Positions 44,703 through 59,950 of a stretch of 64,000 nt of DNA are shown here, piece by piece. This stretch comes from Candidatus Binatia bacterium (GTDB taxonomy: Bacteria > Desulfobacterota > Binatia > UBA12015). Below the pieces are notes generated by a model, which was given only the letters and a program-made list of their open reading frames with translations, ran no database searches and was not told the origin of the DNA. The stretch's first letter is position 1, and each line of letters starts with the position of its first letter. The translations under genes were made by a program, and so were the position numbers. The stretch lies in contig JAIEPK010000143.1 of the NCBI GenBank assembly GCA_019749875.1, positions 7,531 to 71,530 of the forward strand, read 5' to 3'.

Positions 44703-44740
44703 ATTCAGAGCGGCGTCCGGTCCCACCGGGCGCCGCTCCC
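44703..44740 (+). terminator. GC-rich hairpin immediately after the ACAD stop (GAGCGGCG...ccggtcccaccgg...CGCCGCTC). Putative intrinsic terminator without a T-tract.
   Basis: 8-bp outer stem plus nested 4-bp stem, seen directly in the sequence. Confidence 0.4.
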
Positions 44741-44894
44741 CGCTGACGGTCGAACGGGAGCTTTCCGTCCGACCGTCAATATCGTGTCGCTGCGTCGACA
44801 TTGCACGGTGCGCACAAGCTGCCGCGCCTCGCGTGTAGAGTCCCAACTCCTTGCCTAGCTTGGCTGCGCGTCGTCCGGCAGGTTGTCCGACTGC

Positions 44895-44910
44895 TGGTAC
44901 GACGCTTGCT
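44895..44910 (+). promoter_or_regulatory. Candidate sigma-54 promoter (TGGTAC-N5-TTGCT).
   Basis: -24 GG / -12 GC elements with correct spacing. About 28 nt upstream of ATG 44938, which carries an AAGGAGG RBS. Confidence 0.5.
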
Positions 44911-44937
44911 GCCGTCGCGCGCCAAGGAGGACTCACC

Positions 44938-45120
44938 ATGGCGCTCACCGTCACTCTTCGCGAGCTCGTCACGGCCGTCTCGGACTTCGCGCAGTCGGAG
45001 AACGAAGTCGTCGCGACCGTCACGCACATGATCAACAGCGGCCAGGTGAAGCTGGGCGGCAGCTTCGACGGCGCCCGCGTCGAGTACGCCTCGCGCGCGG
45101 CCGTGTCGCATCCGGCCTGA
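44938..45120 (+). CDS. Small hypothetical protein (60 aa).
   Basis: Strong RBS AAGGAGG-N7-ATG. High-GC3 codon usage. No recognisable domain. Confidence 0.45.
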   Translation: MALTVTLRELVTAVSDFAQSENEVVATVTHMINSGQVKLGGSFDGARVEYASRAAVSHPA

Positions 45121-45135
45121 GACGCGCCCCACGTC

Positions 45136-45324
45136 ATGGATACTTCGTCCGAGAGGCAGATCTACTTCGTCTCCGGCAAGGCGGTGGAGCTCTGGGAGAA
45201 CGGGCAGCAACCGTTCGGCTGGAGCGAGGACGATCTCGACGGCTACGCGAGGTACGGGCGGTGGGAGCTGCTGTTCAACGCGCTGGTCCTCGCATACGCG
45301 CTGGAGCGTCCGGATTCGCTGTGA
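45136..45324 (+). CDS. Small hypothetical protein (62 aa).
   Basis: Begins 15 bp after the previous small ORF. Good codon bias. No recognisable domain. RBS is weak. Confidence 0.35.
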   Translation: MDTSSERQIYFVSGKAVELWENGQQPFGWSEDDLDGYARYGRWELLFNALVLAYALERPDSL

Positions 45325-45389
45325 TTCGCTGACGGGATCCACTGCCGAAGGCCGTCGCGCCACCGGGAGGATCCCGATACCGTGAGCGG

Positions 45390-47483
<2,094 letters not shown>

Positions 47484-47511
47484 ACACGCGCCGTGCTGGG
47501 CGCCACGCGCG

Positions 47512-48282
47512 TCAGCGCCCCTGGAAGTGCGGCTTGCGCTTCTCGTTGATGGCCGTGATCCCTTCGCGGGCGTCTTCGCTGGTGCGGGCGCGCTCGGCGG
47601 CAGCCCGGACGGCCTCGGGCGGGTCGAACGCGCGCCGTGCCCGACCCGCGAGGATCGCTTGCTTCATCGCGCGCAGGGAAAGCGGCGCGTTCGCCGCCAT
47701 GGTCTCCGCCATCCGGCGAGCGGTCGACATCAGGTCGCCCGCAGCGACGACGCGATTGACCATCGCGAGCTCGAGCGCTCGTGATGCCGGCAGCGGCTCG
47801 GCCGTGAACAGCAGCTCGCTCGTGACCGCGCTGCCGACCACGTCGAGCAGCTTCAAGATCAACGGGTAAGGCACGACGATGCCGATGCGCGCGACGGGCA
47901 TGCCGAGGCGCGTCTCGGCCGTCGCGATCCGTACGTCGCAGTGCAGCGCCAGCTCGCAGCCGCCGGCGAGACCGTCGCCGTTCATCGCCGCGATCGTCGG
48001 CTGGGGGAGCTGCTCGAGCGGAACGAGGACCTTCTCGACGAGGGCTGCTTCGAGAGCGGGCTCCGTGGGTGACGCGCCCATCGCCGCGAGGTCGAGACCG
48101 GAGCAGAAGACTCTTCCCGCGCCCGTCAGAATCACCACCCGGATCGAGTCGTCCGCGGCGATCCGGGCGAGCTGCTCGCCGAGGTGCTCCATCATCGGGA
48201 TGGTGAGCGCGTTGCGGCGCTCCGGGCGGTTCAGAAGGATCGTGCAGACTCCTTGCTCGCTGCTGATCTCGATCTCGGCCAT
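47512..48282 (-). CDS. Enoyl-CoA hydratase/isomerase family protein.
   Basis: Crotonase fold motifs (NRPERRNAL, GAGRVFCSGLDL, ...G.G.ELAL.CD.R). Confidence 0.8.
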   Translation of the reverse strand: MAEIEISSEQGVCTILLNRPERRNALTIPMMEHLGEQLARIAADDSIRVVILTGAGRVFCSGLDLAAMGASPTEPALEAALVEKVLVPLEQLPQPTIAAMNGDGLAGGCELALHCDVRIATAETRLGMPVARIGIVVPYPLILKLLDVVGSAVTSELLFTAEPLPASRALELAMVNRVVAAGDLMSTARRMAETMAANAPLSLRAMKQAILAGRARRAFDPPEAVRAAAERARTSEDAREGITAINEKRKPHFQGR

Positions 48283-48311
48283 CGGGTGTCTCCTCGAAGT
48301 GTTTGCGCGCT

Positions 48312-49514
48312 TCAAGCGCGCGGGCGCTCGCTCTGTGATCGCCGGGCGCGCGCTCGTGCACGCAGCTCCGAGCGCGCGGTGGGATCGGCGACCTCGATGA
48401 GTGCTTCCGCGCGCTCGTCCAGGTCGAGCGCCGCCAGATCCGCTACACCGTGCTCCGTCACGACCACGTCGACGGCGTGCCGCGGAATCGTCACTGCGGT
48501 TCCGGTCGCCAGACGATCGACGATGCGCGAGCGCCCCTTGGCTGTCGAGCGTAGCGCGACGATGGATCGCCCGCCCCGCGAGTAGCGCGCGGCCTCCACG
48601 AAATCGAGGCTGCCGCCGACCCCGCTCACCTGCGCGCCGTCGATGGTCTCCCCGTTCACCTGGCCGTCGAGGTCGACCTCGATCGCCGAGTTGATCGAGA
48701 CGAAGCGATCGAGCCCCGCCATGAACGGCACGTCGTGGATCAGCGTCGTCGGGCGGAACGTCACGCGCGGATCACGACCGACGCGCACATACATCTCGTG
48801 TGAGCCCTCGACCTCGCCCGTCACCACACGCGCCTCGCGGCCGGCACCGTCGAGGAACTCGACGAGCGGATCGGTGAGCATCCCGGAGTGCAGCTTGATC
48901 CCCGGATGCTCGTGGAGGCGGCCGAGAATGGCGTCCGGAATGGCTCCGACGCCGAGCTGCACCCACGCATCGTCCGGGATCAGGCCGCGCACGCGGGCGA
49001 TGATCTGCTCGTCGACCGCGTCCGGCGTGGCTCGCGCGAGCGTTCCGAGCGGTGCCGTCGCATCGACGGCCAGATCGAGGGCTTCGACCGGCAGCTGCGT
49101 GTCGCCCGCTGTCCACGGCATGTCCGGGTGGATCTCGGCGATCACCAGCCGCGCCGCCGCGACGATCGCCGGAAAGATCGAGCACGACACGCCGAGGTTC
49201 ACCTTGCCGCCGCGAGGCGGCGTGCACTGGATGACGGCGACGTCTGCGGCGAGCTTACCGCCGCTTCCGAAGACGCGCGGGATGTCCCGAAAGCGCAGTG
49301 GCAGCACACCGATCCGTCCCCCACGTGCGAGCTGCCGAACCGCAGGGCCGACCTGCCAGGTGACGAAGCGATAGCCCGGACCGAGCCCTCCGACCTCCGC
49401 GGGCTCGCCCGACGAGCCCGGGCCGAGGAAGCGGTAGTCGCCGAACTGCAGACCCGTGTACAGGGTCGGCGGCGCGTCCGGATTGCCGCGAGACGCGGCG
49501 AGGGCGTCGTACAC
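48312..49514 (-). CDS. Acetyl-CoA hydrolase/transferase family protein (4-hydroxybutyrate-CoA-transferase-like).
   Basis: Family length (~400 aa) and conserved C-terminal GSGG motif (VSGVGGSLDFV). Confidence 0.75.
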   Translation of the reverse strand: MYDALAASRGNPDAPPTLYTGLQFGDYRFLGPGSSGEPAEVGGLGPGYRFVTWQVGPAVRQLARGGRIGVLPLRFRDIPRVFGSGGKLAADVAVIQCTPPRGGKVNLGVSCSIFPAIVAAARLVIAEIHPDMPWTAGDTQLPVEALDLAVDATAPLGTLARATPDAVDEQIIARVRGLIPDDAWVQLGVGAIPDAILGRLHEHPGIKLHSGMLTDPLVEFLDGAGREARVVTGEVEGSHEMYVRVGRDPRVTFRPTTLIHDVPFMAGLDRFVSINSAIEVDLDGQVNGETIDGAQVSGVGGSLDFVEAARYSRGGRSIVALRSTAKGRSRIVDRLATGTAVTIPRHAVDVVVTEHGVADLAALDLDERAEALIEVADPTARSELRARARARRSQSERPRA

Positions 49515-49600
49515 CGCGCGCGGCTCGATCCCGCCGTGCGGGAGGACGACGCGCGCGCGCGGTGGGATGCTCGCGACCGCTTCGTGTGCGGTAACGCGTC

Positions 49601-50374
49601 TCAGAAGTCGTCCTTGAGCTTTCGCGTGCCGCCGAAGATGAGCACGTCGTCGTCGCCGACCGACGGGATGCGGCTGCGCACGGAGTCACGAAGCTCGGGG
49701 CACGACGTCCGCAAGAAGGGGTTCGTCGCGCGCTCGGAGCCGATCGTGCTGGGCACCGTCGCCTGCCCTTGCTCGCGGCGCGCCTTTGCCCACGCGAGCT
49801 TGTCGGCGATCGCAGCATTCGACGGCTCGAGCATGTGCGCGAACTCGAGGTTCTTCACGGTGTACTCGTGTCCGCAGTAGACGCGGGTGTCCTCCGGCAG
49901 GGCGTTCAGCTTCGCGAGCGACTTCATCATCTGCGCGGGATCGCCCTCGAAGAGACGGCCGCAGCCCGCCGCGAACAGCGTGTCGCCGGTGAACACGGCC
50001 TTCTCGCGCGCAAAGTGGTAGGCGATGTGCCCGCTGGTGTGCGCGGGGATGAACAGCACCCGGGCCTGCAGACGACCGACACGCGCCGTGTCACCCTCGC
50101 GCACGCCATCGCTGAGCTTCGGGATGCGCTCTGCATCGTCGGCATTGCCGTAGATCCGTACCGGCAGACGCCGGGCCAGCTCCTCGTTGCCGCCGACGTG
50201 GTCGAAGTGATGGTGCGTCGACAAGACGGTCGTGATGGTGACGCCCTCGGCGCGCGCGGCATCGAGCACCGGCTGCACCTCGGCGCAGTCGACGACCGCC
50301 GCGACGCGCTCGTCCTCGTCGATGACGAGATAGCTGTAGTTGTCCTGAAGCACCGGTACGGCAACGACGCGCAC
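49601..50374 (-). CDS. gloB: Hydroxyacylglutathione hydrolase (glyoxalase II), MBL fold.
   Basis: THHHFDHVGG metal-binding motif. N-terminal V.VLQDNYSYL. A GTG start with a GGGAGGAG RBS was chosen instead of the longer track ORF. Confidence 0.8.
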   Translation of the reverse strand: MRVVAVPVLQDNYSYLVIDEDERVAAVVDCAEVQPVLDAARAEGVTITTVLSTHHHFDHVGGNEELARRLPVRIYGNADDAERIPKLSDGVREGDTARVGRLQARVLFIPAHTSGHIAYHFAREKAVFTGDTLFAAGCGRLFEGDPAQMMKSLAKLNALPEDTRVYCGHEYTVKNLEFAHMLEPSNAAIADKLAWAKARREQGQATVPSTIGSERATNPFLRTSCPELRDSVRSRIPSVGDDDVLIFGGTRKLKDDF

Positions 50375-50396
50375 GTTCGGCTCCTCCCTCGATCGA

Positions 50397-51551
50397 TCAA
50401 CGTTCGTAGAAGCCCACCAGCACGCCCGACGCCTGGTGGAACCGATTGCGACCACCGAGCGGAGCGATCTCCACCCCGGAGAAGAAACCGGCCATGCCCA
50501 CGTCGCCGAGCACCCGCTGCAGATAGGCGCTGTCGAGATCCGCTATGCCATACAGCGCCTCGCCACGCTCGACGCTGTCGAAGTAGAGCACCCCGACCGG
50601 ATGTGGTGGGCGGGCGAATTCGTCGAGCTGGTGAGCAAATCGCTGCCGCGCCTCGACGGCGTCGCAGACCGCGAGCGCAAAGCGAGATCCGACCAGGACT
50701 TCGTCGCCGATCACCAGCGCGCCGCTTTCCGAGTCTGCACCGAGCAGCTTGCGGATGACGTGCGGCGCTTCGTCTCCGATCGATCCCGGGTCGGCGATCG
50801 CCGCGCGGGTTCGTCGGATCGCTTCGAGCGGGTCCGCGCGCAAGATCTCGGGCAGGCTCGCGAGGAACACGTCGACTGCCGGTCTGCCGTCGAGCTCGAG
50901 GACCCGGTTCGCGTGCGCGCGGGTCACGCGGCGCCATCGGCCGACCGGCGCCGCACTCTGAACGACGGTCGAACGCACGTGCAGACCGCCGAGAACGAGA
51001 CCCGTCACTGCATTGTTCGAAGCCGCTCCTCGTCCCACGACGGTCGCCTCGCCGACCGAGCCGTCCTCCGACGCACCAGCTCCAACGACGACTGTACCCG
51101 GCGCAGCGCTCTCGATCCCTGCGAGCAGCTCGTCGGGCGCGAGGTTGTAGCTGTCGGCGAGCAGTACGACCGTACGCGGCGTCTCGTCGACCGCCGCCGC
51201 GATACGCCCGATCTCGTGGCCGACGTCCTGTGCCCGTCCCCGCAACGCGGGCAGAAAGAACCGCTCCGCGGCGAAGTCCCCTGAGAGCGCGAGCACGGCG
51301 ACGCCGGGACCGTGCTCCCGCTCTCCCGCGCGGGAAATCACCCCCGCCGCGCTGCAGCCGACCACCGGTCCGCCGATCGCCTGGCGCAACGCGTACTCGA
51401 GCCGAGCATAGGACGGACCGTGCCCAGCGGTCGCAAAGAAGATCGCGACCGACGTGGCATCTGCCAGGCTGTTGCGCACGGCGCCGGTGATCTCGGCCGC
51501 GGCCTGCTCGGGATTCGGCGCGAACGAGACGGCGCTGACCGCGGCGAGCAT
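50397..51551 (-). CDS. FIST-domain (FIST_N + FIST_C) sensory protein.
   Basis: Architecture and Gly-rich conserved segments typical of FIST proteins. No output domain. Confidence 0.6.
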   Translation of the reverse strand: MLAAVSAVSFAPNPEQAAAEITGAVRNSLADATSVAIFFATAGHGPSYARLEYALRQAIGGPVVGCSAAGVISRAGEREHGPGVAVLALSGDFAAERFFLPALRGRAQDVGHEIGRIAAAVDETPRTVVLLADSYNLAPDELLAGIESAAPGTVVVGAGASEDGSVGEATVVGRGAASNNAVTGLVLGGLHVRSTVVQSAAPVGRWRRVTRAHANRVLELDGRPAVDVFLASLPEILRADPLEAIRRTRAAIADPGSIGDEAPHVIRKLLGADSESGALVIGDEVLVGSRFALAVCDAVEARQRFAHQLDEFARPPHPVGVLYFDSVERGEALYGIADLDSAYLQRVLGDVGMAGFFSGVEIAPLGGRNRFHQASGVLVGFYER

Positions 51552-51734
51552 GCCTCGATCCTGCATGCGGGAGAGGTGGGATTCAATTTCGCCGGCTCGG
51601 CGATCTCTCCGGATCGTGCTTGCAGCACGATGCTCGTGTCTCTAGTCTCGCGGTGGCTCGTGCGGTCCTGCACGACGACGCGTGGCTGCCGCCCCTGCGC
51701 GCGTGATCCGGCAAGCAAACCTGGACCCCCTGGC

Positions 51735-51748
51735 GGCATGCGTCTTGC
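51735..51748 (+). promoter_or_regulatory. Candidate sigma-54 promoter (GGCAT-N5-TTGC).
   Basis: Match to the -24/-12 consensus. About 23 nt upstream of ATG 51772. Confidence 0.4.
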
Positions 51749-51771
51749 GGTCGAGCCGTCACGAAGAAACG

Positions 51772-52236
51772 ATGTCGTTGGGAATGAATCCTGGTCATGC
51801 CGCGCGGGTGCTGGCACTCGCGACGTTGCTGCTCATCCCGTCGCTGGCGCGTGCCGGGTCGGGCAGCTTGCCTCCGGACGTCGATCTCGACCCGGACCGC
51901 GGCATGTCCTTCGGCCGCTTGCCGAAGACGTCGTTCGATCGCCGGGTCTTCGACCCGATGAAGAAGGCGTTCACGTCCCAGGCGATGGACCCCGCGATCG
52001 ATCCGTACAACCCGGTCGTACGGCCGAGCCGCTACGAGCCGGCGACGGGCAGGATCCGTGACTCGTATACCGACAAGGTGCGCGAGATCCGGCGCGAAGA
52101 AGAGGCGCGCCGCAAGACGCGCACCACGGACACCGACGAGGCGAAGACGACGCCGCTGTACGTGAGTCCGTTCAAGCCGATCAAGCCCTCACGCGCGGGC
52201 TCGCTGCCGACGACGTCCCGGCAATCGGACGACTGA
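51772..52236 (+). CDS. Secreted hypothetical protein (signal peptide, Pro/charged-rich, 154 aa).
   Basis: Start placed at the internal ATG followed by a signal peptide (VLALATLLLIPSLARA). No recognisable domain. Confidence 0.5.
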   Translation: MSLGMNPGHAARVLALATLLLIPSLARAGSGSLPPDVDLDPDRGMSFGRLPKTSFDRRVFDPMKKAFTSQAMDPAIDPYNPVVRPSRYEPATGRIRDSYTDKVREIRREEEARRKTRTTDTDEAKTTPLYVSPFKPIKPSRAGSLPTTSRQSDD

Positions 52237-52265
52237 CGGCGCCGCCTGGCGCGTCACCGCAACCC

Positions 52266-53339
52266 GTGTCGCGATCGTTGCTTCCGTCCGAGCGCTGGGT
52301 CGCGCTGCGCGCGCGCGGTCTTCGAGTCGAGTTTCCCTGCTTCCTCGCACCGATGGTCGGGCTGTCGCACGTCGCGCTGCGCCAGACGGTCGCCTCGTAT
52401 CTTCCTCACGGAAGCGAGACCCTTCTGTTCACCGAGATGCTGTCCTCGCGCCGGCTGCCGACGGAACGCATCGGGGATCGCCCGGAGACGACGTTTGCCG
52501 AGCACGAGAGGCTCGTTCCGCAGCTCCTTGCCAACGAGGAGCGGTTCATCGCGGCGTCGCTCGACAAGCTCGCCAAGATGCGACCCGCAGCGATCGACAT
52601 CAACATGGGTTGCCCGGTGAGCAAGGCGCTGAAGCACAACTGGGGCGTGGCGCTGATGGGCGATCCGTCCTACGCCGAGGAGGTCGTCCGGCTGACCGTC
52701 AAGCACTCACCATGGCCGGTGTCGGTCAAGCTGCGTACTGGCCTCTCGGATGATCCGGACTACCTGGTCGACTTCGCTCGCATGCTCGAGTCCGCTGGTG
52801 CGGCCTGGCTCACGATCCACCCGCGCATCGCGTCCCAGCAACGGCGCGGGAACCCGCGCTGGGAGTACATCGCGCGCGTGCGCGACGCGGTGCGAATTCC
52901 CGTGGTCGGCAACGGCGACGTGCAGACGGCAGCCGATGCGATCGCTCTGCTCCGCGCGACGGGCTGTGACGGCGTGATGATCGGCCGCGCATCCGTGGCG
53001 CGGCCGTGGATCCACTGGCAGATCGCGGAAGCGCTCGGTCTGCCGCCGCCGCCCGGACGCGAGGGTGCCGCTGCCCCTTCGGATGGCTTCGCCGAAGGAG
53101 CCGAATACGCTCGAGCGCTCGGATGCTTCCTCGACGTCTGCGAACGGTCGTTTCAGCCGGACGACGCGCTCAAGCGGCTCAAGTTCTTCGTGCACTGGGG
53201 CGGCCGCTGGCTCGACTTCGGCCACGAGCTGTGGCGCCGCATGACCAACGTCCGCTCGCTCGACGACGCGCGTACCATCACGCGCGAGTTCTTCGCCGTA
53301 CCGCAGCGCATGACCGCACGGACGACCCTCGCGGCCTAA
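52266..53339 (+). CDS. tRNA-dihydrouridine synthase (Dus family).
   Basis: FMN-binding TIM barrel motifs ([26 protein letters not shown]). Confidence 0.8.
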   Translation: MSRSLLPSERWVALRARGLRVEFPCFLAPMVGLSHVALRQTVASYLPHGSETLLFTEMLSSRRLPTERIGDRPETTFAEHERLVPQLLANEERFIAASLDKLAKMRPAAIDINMGCPVSKALKHNWGVALMGDPSYAEEVVRLTVKHSPWPVSVKLRTGLSDDPDYLVDFARMLESAGAAWLTIHPRIASQQRRGNPRWEYIARVRDAVRIPVVGNGDVQTAADAIALLRATGCDGVMIGRASVARPWIHWQIAEALGLPPPPGREGAAAPSDGFAEGAEYARALGCFLDVCERSFQPDDALKRLKFFVHWGGRWLDFGHELWRRMTNVRSLDDARTITREFFAVPQRMTARTTLAA

Positions 53340-53355
53340 CACGCCCGGTACCGCG

Positions 53356-55854
<2,499 letters not shown>

Positions 55855-55988
55855 AGGAGAGCTATCCCTGCGAGTGGGCTCGCGGCCCCTCGTACCAGCG
55901 AGCGGAGCCGGTCGGGACCACGCTCCCCGCGCTCGCTTGGCTCGGCCGCGCGCCGCGCGCGCGGATGTTTCGTGCCTCGATCATCCCG

Positions 55989-58463
<2,475 letters not shown>

Positions 58464-58562
58464 TTAGCAGACGAAAGGCCCGCGCGAAAGCGCGCCACAG
58501 CGACTCTGAGACGGTTCATCGGAGCGCAGCCAAAGGACCGCCGACACCCTCTGTCGACACGC

Positions 58563-59672
58563 TCAGAGACGCATCGGCATGACGACGTAGCTGTACGATT
58601 CGTCGTCTTCGGCGCGGATCACGCCGGGGCTCGCATCGTCGATCAGGCCGATCTCGACCCGCTGGTCCTCTGGAAGCACGGCCAGCACGTCGGTCAGATA
58701 ACGCGAATTGAACCCGACGCTGAGCGCGTCTCCCCCGTAGGCAACTTCGATCTCTTCGCTCGCCTCGCCGAAATCCGGGCTGCTCGCCGAGATCGTCAGC
58801 TGCCCCTCGGAGATGTTCAGCTTCACGCCGCGTGCCCGATCGCTCGCGACCACCGAAACGCGACGCAGCGCCGACAGGAGCTCGTTCTTGTCGACCGTGA
58901 TCTTCGACTTGGTCGCCTTCGGGATGACCTGCTCGTAGTTCGGAAACTCACCGTCGATGAGGCGCATGACAAGCTCGACGTCCCCCTGCTGCACGCGCAG
59001 CGCGTTGGGCGACACCGTCGCGTCGACGTTGCCCTCCACTCCATCGAGCAGGCGACGAAGCTCTGCGAGCCCCTTACGCGGCAGGATGATGCCCTTGTCG
59101 ATCGGCCCCGCGTCCTTCGCGGGCTGGTCGACCAGCGCGAGCCGATGACCGTCGGTTCCGACGAAGCGCAAAACGTTCTCTCCGGACGTCAGGTAAACGC
59201 CGCCCAGGTGTGCGCGCGTCTCGTCGGTCGAGACCGCGAACAGCGTGCGGTCGATCATCTTGGCGACGGTGTCGGCCGGCAGACTGAACGTGGGCTTGGT
59301 GGACGTGTCGCCGTGCGGAAAGGCCGGAAAGTCCGACGCCGGTAGACCCACCAGCTTGACGCGTGAGCGACCGGACACGACCTCGACGAACTGGTTCTCG
59401 AGAGAGCGTACGGTGATCTCTCCAGGCTTCAGCTCTCGCACCAGCTCGTGCAGCTTGCGCGCGCCGACGGTCGCCGCACCGGCGTTCTTGACCTTCGCGT
59501 TGCAGCGCCTGCGGATGTGCACCTCGAGATCGGTCGCTGCCACCGTCAGGTCGGTCTTTGCCTCCAGCAGAACGTTGGCAAGAATCGGCAACGTGTTGCG
59601 CCGCTCGACCACGCCCTGAGTCGGCGCGAGGCTCTGCAGGAACTCGTTACGGTCGATCGAGAATTCCATCAC
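58563..59672 (-). CDS. dnaN: DNA polymerase III beta sliding clamp.
   Basis: Three-domain beta-clamp. C-terminal ...YVVMPMRL. Confidence 0.9.
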   Translation of the reverse strand: MMEFSIDRNEFLQSLAPTQGVVERRNTLPILANVLLEAKTDLTVAATDLEVHIRRRCNAKVKNAGAATVGARKLHELVRELKPGEITVRSLENQFVEVVSGRSRVKLVGLPASDFPAFPHGDTSTKPTFSLPADTVAKMIDRTLFAVSTDETRAHLGGVYLTSGENVLRFVGTDGHRLALVDQPAKDAGPIDKGIILPRKGLAELRRLLDGVEGNVDATVSPNALRVQQGDVELVMRLIDGEFPNYEQVIPKATKSKITVDKNELLSALRRVSVVASDRARGVKLNISEGQLTISASSPDFGEASEEIEVAYGGDALSVGFNSRYLTDVLAVLPEDQRVEIGLIDDASPGVIRAEDDESYSYVVMPMRL

Positions 59673-59735
59673 GCTACTCCCGGCTTCATGCCGACGCTGC
59701 GACGCCCGATCCCGTGAGGGGATCGGACGCCGTCT

Positions 59736-59925
59736 TCTTCTCTTCGTAGATCAATAAAAGATCAGTAGGAGTAGGTGTTGTGGAGAACGGGGATAACCGG
59801 GTCAAGTCCGCCTCGTGCCGAGAGAATCCCCTGTGCAGGAATCCGTCGTGAACTGCCTCGTGCAAGGTGGACTCGCGGAGCGGTCACGTTGTCCACGGAG
59901 CGGCGGTCAGGATCTCCACAGGAGA
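59736..59925. other. oriC: Putative oriC core: AT-rich unwinding element (tcaataaaagatcagtaggagtaggtgttgtggagaa) plus DnaA-box-like 9-mers (TTGTCCACG 59889-59897, ATCTCCACA 59912-59920, GGATAAC ~59792).
   Basis: The only conspicuously AT-rich stretch in a ~70% GC window, located in the dnaA-dnaN intergenic region together with TTWTNCACA-like motifs. Confidence 0.5.
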
Positions 59926-59950
59926 CGAACAGGTTGTGCCGCGGCCGAGC

